Shown piece by piece: positions 40,300-49,824 of a stretch of 64,000 bases of DNA. The translations under genes were made by a program, and so were the position numbers. Each line of letters opens with the position of its first letter. Positions within the stretch are counted from its first letter, which is position 1. The notes beneath the pieces were generated by a model. That model saw only the letters and a program-made list of their open reading frames with translations, was not told where the DNA came from and made no database searches. Origin of the DNA: a virus (lineage: Duplodnaviria > Caudoviricetes); the IMG/VR virus record IMGVR_UViG_3300022074_005559; one strand, written 5' to 3'.

Positions 40300-40325
40300 T
40301 GCGCATATAACTGGAGGTTTTTTCT

Positions 40326-42218
40326 TTGCCACAGATTAATGTTCCTGGAATAGGAGAGGTTTTTGCAGATGGGTTTGCTGAAGAAGCAACCATGCAGAGA
40401 ATCCTGCAGGTCCTTGCTTCAAGTGATAATGCAAATAGCCCTGAAGCACAGCAACGATTAGCAACAGCTGCTAAATCTGCTAGCGGATCCTTGACCTTAT
40501 TTGGAAGAAGTACTAGTAAAGCAGGGCAAGATGTAGGCATTGCTGGCAAAACTGCCAGTGACGGTATGAACATGGCTGGCAACACTGGACGTAGATTTAG
40601 TTCAGAAATGTCTATGGCAAGCAGAAGCCTAAGCAGAAGTTTTGCAAACATGAATACCGCGCCACTAAGCATGGTGTCAGGTATTACAGATATGATCAAA
40701 GGAATGGATGGTAAACTAGTAGGCGCTGCTTTAGGTGCTGCTGGCGGTACATTAGTTGCTGATTTATTTGGTGCAGATGGTCCTTTGGGATTGGCGTTAG
40801 GTGCAACAGGTGGTGGTATAGCAGGTTTGGTAGCTGGCGGTGTTATTGGACCTGCCGCAGCAGGTTTAATAGGTTTTATTAGTGAAAAACTTAATGCTAC
40901 TACAGACGCATTTTTTAAAGTACAACAAAGTGGTGCTATACTAGGCGGAAGTTTGATAGAAACTAGAGTTAATGCACATGCCGCAAACTTAACAATGTCT
41001 GAGTTTGGCAATGTTATGAGTAAGAACAGTGAAGCAATGGCTAGTTTTGGTGGTCAGACACGCAGAGGTGCTAGAGAGTTTGCTAGAGCTAACCAAGCAG
41101 TGACTACAACATTTGGACAAGAACTACTAGGTTTAGGCATTGGTTTTGAAGACATGGGCATGGCTACAGCAGAAATGATGCAAAACTTTCAGTTGAGTGG
41201 CATGTCTGCACAAGACGTAGCAGTGCGCACAGATGAGTTTGCGGCTGCTGTGCGTAATAATGTTGTTCAACAAAAAGCCATGGCAGCGATTATGGGTAGA
41301 AGTGTAGAACAACAAAAAGAAGCAGAACGTCAACAGCGCAAAGACGCAGTTGTGCAAGCAAGTCTTGCAAGAATGCAACCAGAACAACGTGCTGAAATGG
41401 AAAGACTTATCAGTGCATTTCCTCATTTGCGTGAAGCAATCCTTGACCAAGCAGTGTTTGGTTCGGCAACCAGTGCAGAAGCATTGCGACAGTTTTCGGC
41501 ATTCCCAACTGCCATGGCAGGTATTACTCAAGCAGTTGATAATGTGAAAAGTGGCGCCGGTGGTGCAGCAGATGCATTTATTCTTGCAGCAAAAAACAGT
41601 GATGCAATCCGAGAAGAAAATCTGCAAGCTGCAGACATGATTGCTACACTTGGTAGATTTACCAGCAATAGTATGATTAAGACCATGCAAGAAAGTTTCT
41701 TGCCAATGCAAGACTTGATGACTAGAAGCATTAATAAAACTGTAGTTGATGTAACAACAGATCTAGTAAAAGCAAGCACTGCACAAGATGAAGCAACTAA
41801 AAACATGATGAAACTTATAGCAGCCAATCGTGAACTCGGTATGAGTTTTAGTAACGCAACCACTAGTATGCTTGAAAATGCTGAAGCAAGTATTTTGCTT
41901 ATAGGCAAAGCAACAACATTTATTGCTGACAATGTTAATGCCTTTGCTAAAACAGTTGGTTTAACAACACAAACAGGTGTTGGAAAATACAACAGAGAAG
42001 TGACAATACCTGGACAAACACCTGATACCGTCGATACTGCAGCTAGCGAAGATGCAACCCTGGGAACTACAACTGGCAGTACAAATGCCAATACCGCAGG
42101 TGCTGGAATGAGCGGTCCTGCTACAGTAACAAATCCAGATTCCGATGTTATCTTGCAGAAAATACTTGATAACAACAAGAGACAAACAGATTTACTTGCT
42201 AATATAGCCGCACAATAA
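40326..42218 (+). CDS. Tape-measure-like protein, 630 aa
   Basis: Ala/Gly-rich helical sequence, FAEEAT...L N-terminus, TTG start with GGAGG SD. Confidence 0.65.
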   Translation: MPQINVPGIGEVFADGFAEEATMQRILQVLASSDNANSPEAQQRLATAAKSASGSLTLFGRSTSKAGQDVGIAGKTASDGMNMAGNTGRRFSSEMSMASRSLSRSFANMNTAPLSMVSGITDMIKGMDGKLVGAALGAAGGTLVADLFGADGPLGLALGATGGGIAGLVAGGVIGPAAAGLIGFISEKLNATTDAFFKVQQSGAILGGSLIETRVNAHAANLTMSEFGNVMSKNSEAMASFGGQTRRGAREFARANQAVTTTFGQELLGLGIGFEDMGMATAEMMQNFQLSGMSAQDVAVRTDEFAAAVRNNVVQQKAMAAIMGRSVEQQKEAERQQRKDAVVQASLARMQPEQRAEMERLISAFPHLREAILDQAVFGSATSAEALRQFSAFPTAMAGITQAVDNVKSGAGGAADAFILAAKNSDAIREENLQAADMIATLGRFTSNSMIKTMQESFLPMQDLMTRSINKTVVDVTTDLVKASTAQDEATKNMMKLIAANRELGMSFSNATTSMLENAEASILLIGKATTFIADNVNAFAKTVGLTTQTGVGKYNREVTIPGQTPDTVDTAASEDATLGTTTGSTNANTAGAGMSGPATVTNPDSDVILQKILDNNKRQTDLLANIAAQ

Positions 42219-42254
42219 TTAGGTAAATACACAATAAGGTAGTATAATAAAGAC

Positions 42255-43994
42255 ATGAGCTGGAAAAAACATTTCACATTAGTAAAAACAGATAGTCCAC
42301 TAACAAACGTGGGCGGATCTAGAACAGACAACGGCACACGTTACAGTCATTATGCCTCGCATCTACCTGAAGTATATGTGGGACATCCTAACCGTACAGA
42401 ACGTTATGGTCAGTATGAAACCATGGACATTGACAGTGAGATCAATGCGGCATTGGATATTCTTGCAGAGTTTTGTACACAAACTAACACAGAAAACGGT
42501 ACAGGCTTTGACATTCACTTTGTTGAAAATCCTACAGAAAGTGAAGTAGAGATTATCAAACAGCAGCTTAGTAACTGGAATAACTTGAACGACTTTAACA
42601 AACGCTTGTTCAAAATGTTTCGTAATACACTAAAGTACGGAGATCAAGTATTCATTCGTGATCCAGAAACATTTGAACTGTACTGGGTTGAAATGGGCAA
42701 AGTTACAAAGATTATTGTAAACGAAAGTGAAGGCAAAAAGCCAGAACAGTATGTTGTTAAAGACATTAATCCAAACTTTGAAAATCTAACTGTTACAGCA
42801 AACACATACAGTGACCACACCAAGCAAGGCGATTTGTACAAGAACAGAGGCTACATTCAGCCTAGTAACTTGTATGATGGCAGTGGCGGCAGTGCTAGTC
42901 AAGGACGTTTTGACCGTGCGCTGAATGAAAAAGCAATCGAATCAGAACACGTTGTACATGCTAGTTTAACAGAAGGACTTGATCCTAACTGGCCCTTTGG
43001 TAACAGTATCCTAGAACAAGTGTTTAAAGTATACAAGCAAAAAGAACTGCTTGAAGATGCTATTATTATCTACCGTATCCAACGTGCTCCGGAGCGTAGA
43101 GTATTCTATATTGATGTAGGAAACATGCCAAGTCATATGGCTATGAGCTTTGTTGAGCGTGTTAAGAACGAAATCCATCAGCGACGCATTCCTAGTAAAA
43201 CAGGCGGCGGCGTTAACATTATGGATACAACATATAACCCACTCTCAACTAACGAAGACTACTTCTTCCCACAAACAGCAGAAGGACGTGGTAGTAAAGT
43301 TGATACATTGCCAGGCGGTACTAACCTAGGTGAGATTGATGATCTCAAATACTTTACAAACAAACTGTTCCGCGGTTTGCGTATTCCTAGTTCGTATTTG
43401 CCAACAGGTCCAGACGAAGGTGTAGCAAGTTACAATGACGGTCGTGTAGGTACTGCACTTATTCAAGAAAAACGTTTCAACGAATACTGCATGAGACTAC
43501 AGCGTCTAATAGCGGCAACGTTTGACAGAGAGTTTAAAATGTTTCTCAAGTTCCGCGGCGTTGAGATTGATAACGGCACATTTGAACTGCGCTTTAATGA
43601 ACCACAAAACTTCAGTAGTTACCGCGAAACAGAAGTAGATGCGGCTAAAATCAATACATTCCAAGCACTAGAAGGTTACCCATACATGAGTAAGCGTTTC
43701 CTTATGCAACGCTACCTGGGAATGACTGAAGAAGAAATGTTTGAAAATGACAAACTATGGCGTGAAGAGAACGCTGACATCAGTGTTGATAGTGAACTGC
43801 CTAGCATGCGCAGTGTTGGTGTTACTACAGGCGGTATTCAAGCAGATATGGATAACTTTGAAATGCCTGATATTGATGCTGAAGCACCAGAAGGTGCACC
43901 TGCAGGCGGCGGCGAAGAAGGCGGTACAGGTGAAGCAGGCGCAACTGGTGACGCAAGTCCAGTAGGATCAGCACCACCAAGAACAGAAGCCTAA
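42255..43994 (+). CDS. gp20: Portal protein
   Basis: MD.DSEINAALDI, LLEDAIIIYRI.RAPERRVFYIDVGNMP, EDYFFP, LPGG.NLGEIDD.KYF. Confidence 0.95.
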   Translation: MSWKKHFTLVKTDSPLTNVGGSRTDNGTRYSHYASHLPEVYVGHPNRTERYGQYETMDIDSEINAALDILAEFCTQTNTENGTGFDIHFVENPTESEVEIIKQQLSNWNNLNDFNKRLFKMFRNTLKYGDQVFIRDPETFELYWVEMGKVTKIIVNESEGKKPEQYVVKDINPNFENLTVTANTYSDHTKQGDLYKNRGYIQPSNLYDGSGGSASQGRFDRALNEKAIESEHVVHASLTEGLDPNWPFGNSILEQVFKVYKQKELLEDAIIIYRIQRAPERRVFYIDVGNMPSHMAMSFVERVKNEIHQRRIPSKTGGGVNIMDTTYNPLSTNEDYFFPQTAEGRGSKVDTLPGGTNLGEIDDLKYFTNKLFRGLRIPSSYLPTGPDEGVASYNDGRVGTALIQEKRFNEYCMRLQRLIAATFDREFKMFLKFRGVEIDNGTFELRFNEPQNFSSYRETEVDAAKINTFQALEGYPYMSKRFLMQRYLGMTEEEMFENDKLWREENADISVDSELPSMRSVGVTTGGIQADMDNFEMPDIDAEAPEGAPAGGGEEGGTGEAGATGDASPVGSAPPRTEA

Positions 43995-44000
43995 TAAATA
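43994..44000 (+). promoter_or_regulatory. Late promoter ATAAATA
   Basis: Overlaps portal stop; AGGAG SD follows. Confidence 0.65.
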
Positions 44001-44016
44001 CGCTATAGGAGAAACT

Positions 44017-45129
44017 ATGGCGTTCCGTAAACTATTTTTCAAAAGAGTACAAGGTATTCGCGACACATATTTGTTGCAAGAAGGTGATATTGCGCTCGAC
44101 GAAAGTGATTTTAAACTATATCGTGGCGATGGAAGCACACTAGGCGGTATTGTAATTAGCGGTGCAGGCGGCGGCAGTGGCATAGCACTCACAGATATCA
44201 GTGTTACACAAGCCAGTGCTAGTGGCGCAGGCACACTAGCATACAATAGTTCAACAGGTGTATTAACATACACTCCTCCCACAGCAAGTGGACTTGGTGC
44301 AAAAACCAGTGTAAGTCAAGCAGATGTTACACAACACCAAGCAGCATTGAGTATTACTGAAAGTCAAATCAGTGATTTAGGAACTTACCTAACCAGTGTT
44401 CCGGCACAAACATTTGCAAGTTTAACAAGTAAACCAACTACTATAGCAGGTTATGGCATAACAGATGCATTGGAATTGGGTACAACTAGTACAACTGCTC
44501 TTGCAGGGGATACAGCATTGTTTGATGGAGTATTTGCTTCACTTACAAGCAAACCAACTACAATAGCAGGTTATGGAATCACAGATGCACTAGCATTAGG
44601 TACAACTAGTACAACTGCTCTTGCAGGCAATACCAGTATTCCTAGTGTACTTACAGATTTAAGTATCAGTGATGGTACTAACGGACAAGTGCTTACTACA
44701 GATGGTTCAGGTAGTTTTACATTTGAAGACGCAGGTGGTGGTAGTAGCCTTCAAAGCAGAATCATAAGAACAAACCAAACTACAAGTTTAGCAGATGGCG
44801 CTGAAGCAGACTTAGACATCACAGGATTCAAAGCATACGCACTACTGTCTATCACAACAGACAAAGCCGCAAGAGTTAGATTATATGTTAAAGCCGCATC
44901 AAGAACAGCAGATGCTTCAAGAGCAGAAGGCACAGATCCCACATCAGATGCAGGACTTATTGCAGAAGTTATCACAACAGGAGCAGAAACAGTTATCATA
45001 AGCCCAGGTGCTTATGGATTTAACCTAGAAAATTTTACAACAACAAATATACCGTGTAGGGTTACAAACAAAAGCGGTAGCACTGACACAGTGCAGGTAT
45101 CTCTACTCGTACTACAACTGGAATCATAA
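44017..45129 (+). CDS. Fibre-like structural protein with internal 40-aa duplication
   Basis: EGDI......KLY.GDGST.GG N-terminal fibre motif; KPTTIAGYGITDA repeats. Confidence 0.65.
   Translation: MAFRKLFFKRVQGIRDTYLLQEGDIALDESDFKLYRGDGSTLGGIVISGAGGGSGIALTDISVTQASASGAGTLAYNSSTGVLTYTPPTASGLGAKTSVSQADVTQHQAALSITESQISDLGTYLTSVPAQTFASLTSKPTTIAGYGITDALELGTTSTTALAGDTALFDGVFASLTSKPTTIAGYGITDALALGTTSTTALAGNTSIPSVLTDLSISDGTNGQVLTTDGSGSFTFEDAGGGSSLQSRIIRTNQTTSLADGAEADLDITGFKAYALLSITTDKAARVRLYVKAASRTADASRAEGTDPTSDAGLIAEVITTGAETVIISPGAYGFNLENFTTTNIPCRVTNKSGSTDTVQVSLLVLQLES
44413..44634 (+). repeat. Imperfect tandem duplication, 120-bp period
   Basis: Copies start 44413 and 44533; share identical GGTACAACTAGTACAACTGCTCTTGCAGG. 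Confidence 0.9.
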
Positions 45130-46895
45130 TGGAACTGTTCCAAGTTACACTAAAACGTGGTGTAGACATTGATGCTTTCTATGATGATATGGAAACACCA
45201 GGCGGTGCTATAACTATTCCAGATAGAAAAGTAGATTGCGGAGAACGCAGACCAACTTCAAGAACTACAGGCTACATGCTTACCTTGGAAGAAGCAAAAG
45301 AAGTAAGTTATGATGACAGAGTAGAAGTTGTTGTTCCACAGAGTGTATTGGACAGACAGACCGTAGTTAACAATGCTACATACACAGGTAGATTTACCAA
45401 AAGCACAAGTCCAACTGGATCATTATTTACAAAAGCCAACGGTAGTAGCGGAGTTACATACACCAATAATGATCACCACGCTTGGGGAATACTAAGACAC
45501 ATTGAAACAGCCAACAGATCAGGTTGGGGCGGCGATGCCGCAAGTTCATCTGATAGGCGTGTTGATACCACTGTAACATATTCAGCAAGTGGCAAGAATG
45601 TAGATATCATTATTGTAGAAAACCACACAGGTAGTGATCATGCAGAATATTCAAGCAGATTAGTAGATTATAATTGGGGACAACACTACAACACAATAAC
45701 AGGTGGCACAAACTATACATACAGCAACGCAGATGCTCGTGACAACTATAATCAAGAAAATAACCATCCAACAGCAAGTGCCTCCTATGCGGCAGGTGAA
45801 AGATTTGGACTTGCTAAAGATGCTAATGTATATATGTTTGATGGGACCTACGAGCAAAGCAAATCAGGTGGTGGTAGCACTAACAGAACCTTTGCCTACA
45901 TCAGAGAATTCCACAGAACCAAATCAATCAACCCAGCAACAGGTAGAAAGAATCCTACCATTGTAAATGCAAGTTTGGGATCAATCAACATCTATTCAGG
46001 TGCCAGTATAGCACACTTCCAAGGTGTGACATTAGACAAGGGCGACGGCAGTACATTCCTCAGTGATGCTGAACTGTTGGCTCGTGGAGTGTACAAGAAC
46101 GCTGGTAAATCGTGGACTAATTTTACCAGCAACACCAACTTTCAAGTAAACAGTTCTGCACCTAACAGTGATTTGGTAGATGCCATAGCAGAAGGTATCA
46201 TTGTGGTCTCTGCGGCTGGCAACGATAACGCTTACACTGATGTATCAGGCGGCAACAACTACGACAACTACTTGGTTGCTGGCGCCGCATATGCGAATAG
46301 GAACTACTTCTTCAATGGCTACTATCCATTCAGAGATTATTACCATCGTGGCGACAACTTCTCATTCAACGGAGCAATAAACGTAGGCGCTCTAAGCAAC
46401 CGCATAGATCAAGGTAAATCAGACTTCAGCAACTGGGGTCCTGGCATAGATATATATGCCGCTGGAGAGCATGTGATGGGTGCTATGATGAAAGATGAAA
46501 TTGCCTACGGTAATCCCTATTACGGACAGGAAAACAATACACCAAAATGGGATACAATGGGCTCGCAAAACGGCACAAGTTACGCCTCACCTTTTATAGC
46601 AGGTTTGCTGGCTTGTTTAGCAGAAGTATATCCTACACTGACACAGGCACAAGCAAGAACATATTTACAAAACAATGCTGTTACAGGATTGATGGCGGAC
46701 ACTGCAAACGCAATAGACGTAGATGTAAGCACAAGAGTGAGCATAGACGGTTCAAACATTGATAGAATAGCACTGTGGAAGAATCACAGAGCAACGTCAG
46801 GTAACATGGCGTTCAACACATACAACAAAGACGTAAACACTCGTCCTACAAGTGGATTAATGTATCCTAGAGTTAGGATTAGACGAAGAGGATAA
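45129..46895 (+). CDS. Subtilisin-like (S8) serine protease with N-terminal prodomain-like segment
   Basis: SAAGND oxyanion motif, GTSYASP catalytic Ser, HPT..S..AG His motif, S.FSNWG.GIDIYAAG. Confidence 0.85.
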   Translation: MELFQVTLKRGVDIDAFYDDMETPGGAITIPDRKVDCGERRPTSRTTGYMLTLEEAKEVSYDDRVEVVVPQSVLDRQTVVNNATYTGRFTKSTSPTGSLFTKANGSSGVTYTNNDHHAWGILRHIETANRSGWGGDAASSSDRRVDTTVTYSASGKNVDIIIVENHTGSDHAEYSSRLVDYNWGQHYNTITGGTNYTYSNADARDNYNQENNHPTASASYAAGERFGLAKDANVYMFDGTYEQSKSGGGSTNRTFAYIREFHRTKSINPATGRKNPTIVNASLGSINIYSGASIAHFQGVTLDKGDGSTFLSDAELLARGVYKNAGKSWTNFTSNTNFQVNSSAPNSDLVDAIAEGIIVVSAAGNDNAYTDVSGGNNYDNYLVAGAAYANRNYFFNGYYPFRDYYHRGDNFSFNGAINVGALSNRIDQGKSDFSNWGPGIDIYAAGEHVMGAMMKDEIAYGNPYYGQENNTPKWDTMGSQNGTSYASPFIAGLLACLAEVYPTLTQAQARTYLQNNAVTGLMADTANAIDVDVSTRVSIDGSNIDRIALWKNHRATSGNMAFNTYNKDVNTRPTSGLMYPRVRIRRRG

Positions 46896-46908
46896 GATAA
46901 ATAATTGC

Positions 46909-47220
46909 ATGTTATTATTTGAATTAGAAGCACCAGCATTTACACAAGTATCAGCAAAAGTTGATATGTTTAGTAAAAATCCTGACGTTCCTACACGAGA
47001 AGTAGGCAATGCGTCACCTGTTGAAGCACACGCTGAGGATAAAGACGAGCCGAAATATCAGGATAGCAGTGCTGCTATGAAAACTGACACTCGTAAAACA
47101 CGTCTTACACTAGAACAGTTAAGCAAACTGCGTAAACTTGCTGACTTAAAAGCAGCAGAATACCAAGAGTCTATCAAAGAGATTAGACGCCAGTATGCAT
47201 CTGCACCTGCTGCAGAATAA
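46909..47220 (+). CDS. Small head-module protein
   Basis: RKTRLTLEQL.KLRK motif; ATAAATA 5 nt upstream of ATG. Confidence 0.7.
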   Translation: MLLFELEAPAFTQVSAKVDMFSKNPDVPTREVGNASPVEAHAEDKDEPKYQDSSAAMKTDTRKTRLTLEQLSKLRKLADLKAAEYQESIKEIRRQYASAPAAE

Positions 47221-47339
47221 CTGCATTTCCCCTTAGTCTACTTTTTGGCTCAAAAAGTACGCATTTATCCAGTAAAAACTCCTTATTACTAAATAAAACT
47301 ACAAAATGCCTTATGAACAAAGTATTATAGGAGTTAATA

Positions 47340-48047
47340 ATGTCAGAAAACAAGTTTGAACAACTAATCGAACTGTTTATCGCAGAAGATGAGCAGGGCG
47401 CAAAAGACTTGTTCCATGAGATTGTAGTAGAAAAGTCACGTGACATCTACGAATCACTAGTGGACGAGGATCAAGTTGAAGAAACTGCTGAAATCGAAGA
47501 AGATGAAGAAGCAGTAGAAGAGTCAGAAGAAGAGATTGAAGAATCAGATTTTGATGAAGCAGAACTAGGCGGCGACGCTGCAGACGATATGATTGATGAT
47601 ATCGAAGCAGACGAAGAAGGTCTTTCAATGGAAGACGACGAAGGCGACGAAGAAATCGAAGACCGCGTTGTAGAACTAGAAGATGCACTAGAAGAGCTTA
47701 AAGCAGAGTTTGAACAGCTAATGGCTGGTGACGACGAAGCTGAAGACGGCGACATGGATATGGACATGGACATGGACATGGGCGACGAAGAAGGTGAAGA
47801 AGAAGGTGAAGAAGAAATGGAATCAGTTGAAGAAACTGAGGAAGTTGTTCGTGAATACACCGAAAAAGCTCCGGCACCTGTAACTAGCGAACAAGGCGAC
47901 GGATCAGCAGGTCCAGTTGCTGGTAAAAACGATATGGGCGGCAAAGCAGTAGATCCAACTGGTGAAGAAAAAGGTGGAGCAACACCTAAATCAACAGTAC
48001 AAACTGATGCAGCTGATCCACGTGACGCTACAATGAGTAAAGCGTAG
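47340..48047 (+). CDS. Acidic prohead core/scaffold-like protein
   Basis: Extremely D/E-rich, AGGAG SD, upstream of prohead protease; (DM)5 hexamer repeat at 47751-47780. Confidence 0.7.
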   Translation: MSENKFEQLIELFIAEDEQGAKDLFHEIVVEKSRDIYESLVDEDQVEETAEIEEDEEAVEESEEEIEESDFDEAELGGDAADDMIDDIEADEEGLSMEDDEGDEEIEDRVVELEDALEELKAEFEQLMAGDDEAEDGDMDMDMDMDMGDEEGEEEGEEEMESVEETEEVVREYTEKAPAPVTSEQGDGSAGPVAGKNDMGGKAVDPTGEEKGGATPKSTVQTDAADPRDATMSKA

Positions 48048-48057
48048 AGACAAACCT

Positions 48058-48690
48058 ATGTTATACTTGAGAGAGAACTTAACCGCACTAGAAGCTGGTA
48101 TTGTTGTGGAAGCAACAGAAAAAGCTGATGGCTCAAAGGATCTCTTTATGAAGGGCATTTGTATCCAGGGCGGGGTTAAAAACGCAAACCAGCGTGTTTA
48201 CCCCGTTTCTGAGATTACTACTGCCGTTCAAAGTGTCAATGAACAACTTAAAGAAGGAAAAAGTGTTCTTGGCGAAGTTGACCATCCCGATGATCTCAAA
48301 ATTAATCTTGATCGAGTATCGCATCTGATACAAGAAATGTGGATGGACGGACCTAACGGTTACGGAAAACTTAAGATTCTTGAAACACCTATGGGAAAAC
48401 TTGTGGAAACAATGATCAAAGGTGGAGTAAACTTAGGAGTTAGTAGCAGAGGCAGTGGAGAAGTAAATGAATCCAGTGGCAATGTTAGTAACTTTGAAAT
48501 TGTAACGGTTGACATCGTTGCACAGCCGAGTGCTCCTAATGCATATCCAGTAGCAATTTACGAAGGACTATTGAATATGAATGGTGGGCACAGAGTACTT
48601 GACATTGCTCGTGAAGCAAACGGCGATGTTAAAGTACAAAAATACTTGAAGGACGAAGTAGTTCGTCTTATCAAGGACTTAAAGATCTAG
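48058..48690 (+). CDS. gp21: Prohead protease
   Basis: KNANQRVYP, LGEVDHP, GVSSRGSG, DIVAQPSAPNA. Confidence 0.95.
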   Translation: MLYLRENLTALEAGIVVEATEKADGSKDLFMKGICIQGGVKNANQRVYPVSEITTAVQSVNEQLKEGKSVLGEVDHPDDLKINLDRVSHLIQEMWMDGPNGYGKLKILETPMGKLVETMIKGGVNLGVSSRGSGEVNESSGNVSNFEIVTVDIVAQPSAPNAYPVAIYEGLLNMNGGHRVLDIAREANGDVKVQKYLKDEVVRLIKDLKI

Positions 48691-48699
48691 GAGATCAAA

Positions 48700-49803
48700 A
48701 TGCTAGATGCTATCAAACCACTACTAGATAGCGACCTTGTTAACGAGGACACACGTTCCGCAATCCAAGAAGAATGGGATGCGAAAATGGGTGAAGTCCG
48801 CAATGAGGTAACTGCAGAACTTCGTGAGGAGTTTGCACAACGCTATGAGCATGATAAATCTACTATGGTTGAAGCCTTGGATCGTATGGTTACTGAAGGT
48901 CTAACTACAGAGCTAGAGCAGATCGCTGAAGAGCGTAAAGCAATCTCTGAAGACCGTGCTAAGTTTGTTGCTAAGATGCAGGAAGCATCAGGCACATTCG
49001 ACAGTTTCCTAGTTAAGACACTTTCTGAAGAGATTAAAGAACTTCACGCTGAAAGAGCTACTCAACAAGAGCTAATGGGCAAACTAGAACAGTTTGTTAC
49101 TTCGCAACTTGGTGAAGAGATCAGTGAGTTCCAAAAAGACCGACAGGATGTTGTTGAAACTAAGGTACGTTTGGTTAAAGAAGCTCGTAATAAGTTTGCT
49201 ACATTAAAAGCAGACTTTGTCAAGCATACAAGTCAAGCAGTAAACGAAGCAGTAACTGGCTATCTAAAAGGTGAAATGACTCAACTTAAAGAAGATATTC
49301 AGATTGCAAAAGAAAACACTTTCGGACGTAAAATATTCGAAACTTTTGCTACAGAGTTTTCTTCAAGTCATCTCAATGAGAATCAAAAGATTAAGGAACT
49401 AGAATCAGCATTGCAAATGCAATCTGAAGAAGTTGCACAAATCAACGAATCACTTGAAGAGAAGTCAAAACTAGTTGAGAGGAAAGAGCAAGAGATTGCT
49501 ATTATTCAAGAGAATGTTGAGCGTAAAGATACACTTAACACTCTAATGAAACCACTCAACAAAGATAAGGCAGCGATTATGACTGACCTACTTGAAAGTG
49601 TACAAACTTCAAAGCTGAAGAACGCTTTCGACCGTTACCTACCAGCAGTGCTAGACGGCAAATCAAAAATCAAGGAAAGCAAAAAAGAAGTTATCCAGGA
49701 AAGCCGCACTGAAGTAACAGGTAATAAAGAAACTAAAACAGTCCAGGTGGAAGATGACAGCAACATCGTTGACATCCGCAAACTTGCAGGCTTAGCAAAA
49801 TAA
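48700..49803 (+). CDS. gp22: Prohead core scaffold protein
   Basis: Coiled coil between gp21 and gp23; GRKIFE.FA.E motif; GGAG SD. Confidence 0.85.
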   Translation: MLDAIKPLLDSDLVNEDTRSAIQEEWDAKMGEVRNEVTAELREEFAQRYEHDKSTMVEALDRMVTEGLTTELEQIAEERKAISEDRAKFVAKMQEASGTFDSFLVKTLSEEIKELHAERATQQELMGKLEQFVTSQLGEEISEFQKDRQDVVETKVRLVKEARNKFATLKADFVKHTSQAVNEAVTGYLKGEMTQLKEDIQIAKENTFGRKIFETFATEFSSSHLNENQKIKELESALQMQSEEVAQINESLEEKSKLVERKEQEIAIIQENVERKDTLNTLMKPLNKDKAAIMTDLLESVQTSKLKNAFDRYLPAVLDGKSKIKESKKEVIQESRTEVTGNKETKTVQVEDDSNIVDIRKLAGLAK

Positions 49804-49824
49804 AGTACAAAAGAGGAGACTATA

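Noticed and set aside
47239-47259. 9-bp inverted repeat TACTTTTTG-GCT-CAAAAAGTA
   Set aside because: A/T-rich, 3-nt loop, no U tail; function not supportable
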